The notes under the pieces were generated by a model that was not told where the DNA came from, did no database searches, and saw only the letters and a list, made by a program, of their open reading frames with translations. From Candidatus Parcubacteria bacterium (GTDB lineage Bacteria > Patescibacteriota > Patescibacteriia > PEXW01): a stretch of 49,939 bases of DNA. Of the stretch, positions 49,322 to 49,939 are shown piece after piece (the stretch's first letter is position 1; each line of letters opens with the position of its first letter). The DNA lies in assembly GCA_003597955.1 (NCBI GenBank), contig QZJU01000012.1, positions 1-49,939 on the forward strand. Direction: 5' to 3'. The position numbers were made by a program, and so were the translations under genes.

Positions 49322-49842
49322 ATGGACATTTCAACCGCACTTGATAAGTTCTGTGATTATTCTCAGTTCATGCGGGGATATTCGCGAGATACTATAAAAC
49401 GCTATCGAGGGACTGTGCGATTGCTTCAGCGGTTCCTACACGTCCGCCAGCTCGAAGAATGCACCGAGTCTAGGGTTCGAGAGTTCTTTTATCACGGCAG
49501 GCAAGTTCAGCATTGGGCACCGAATTCATTCATTACATACCACAAGTCGCTCGCTGTCTTTTTCAGGTGGTGTGTCGACCAAGGCTACATGCACACAAAT
49601 CCAACCGACGACATGGAAATGCCCAAGACCGAAAAGAAGCTGCCGCCAAAGCTGACCAAGCAGGAGGCCTTAAAGCTACTGGAGATCGTTTACAATTATC
49701 CGTATCCGTACACCTACCAGCGATACCGGAACTATGCGATCTTTGCCACCTTCGTGTATGCGGGATTGCGGAAGAGCGAATTATTGCGCCTCAAAATGGT
49801 CGATGTCGATCTTGCGAATCAATCCATCTATATTCATCAGGG
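49322..49842 (+). pseudogene. Tyrosine recombinase/integrase (XerD-like), interrupted by the IS
   Basis: SAM-like N-domain (GYS..TI..Y, FFRW, NP), LP..LT..E, R..A and YAGLRKSE.L.L...DVD (catalytic Arg box). Breaks off into the IS end before the HxxR/Tyr box. Confidence 0.85.
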
Positions 49843-49939
49843 TGTACTGACCCCCATATACTAGACACGACGGTCTAGACTAATTAACGTATGGGCATAT
49901 GAAAAAACATCACTCGATAGCTCCTGAAGTAAAGGAGCA
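49843..49939 (+). mobile_element. IS3-family-like insertion sequence, left end (IRL and start of orfA at 49899), truncated by window edge
   Basis: Starts TGTACTGACCCCC, is the inverted identical copy of 1-96, and encodes MKKHHSIAPEVKE. Confidence 0.75.

Overview
Chromosomal segment of a standard-genetic-code bacterium. The gene families (DUF3048 pair, baseplate-J-like protein, VirD4-like ATPase, short thrS/metG/tsf, CCTGCC/GGCAGG-type palindromes) suggest Patescibacteria/CPR, which is an inference. Most of the window is housekeeping: tmk, gatB, miaA, thrS, dnaE, rodA, rplY, metG, rsmI, a complete F1Fo ATP synthase operon, prmC-prfA-rpmE and rpsB-tsf. Both ends are the same 96-bp IS3-like left end in inverted orientation, and each copy truncates a gene. 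The most unusual region is the tRNA-Thr locus (48.6-49.3 kb). It holds a tRNA-Thr(GGU) split by a 197-nt group I intron at 36/37, an orphan intron-less 5' half of a different tRNA-Thr(GGU) allele, and a complete tRNA-Thr(UGU) nested in a palindrome inside another tRNA 5' fragment, with a tyrosine integrase next to them. Other highlights are a 1085-aa subtilase with nine dockerin domains, a heliorhodopsin near a serpin-like protein and a receiver domain, a ~270-nt candidate ncRNA with its own promoter, REP/MITE-like insertions (including inside the atp operon), and a gene missed by the ORF track that is broken by a 5-bp duplication.
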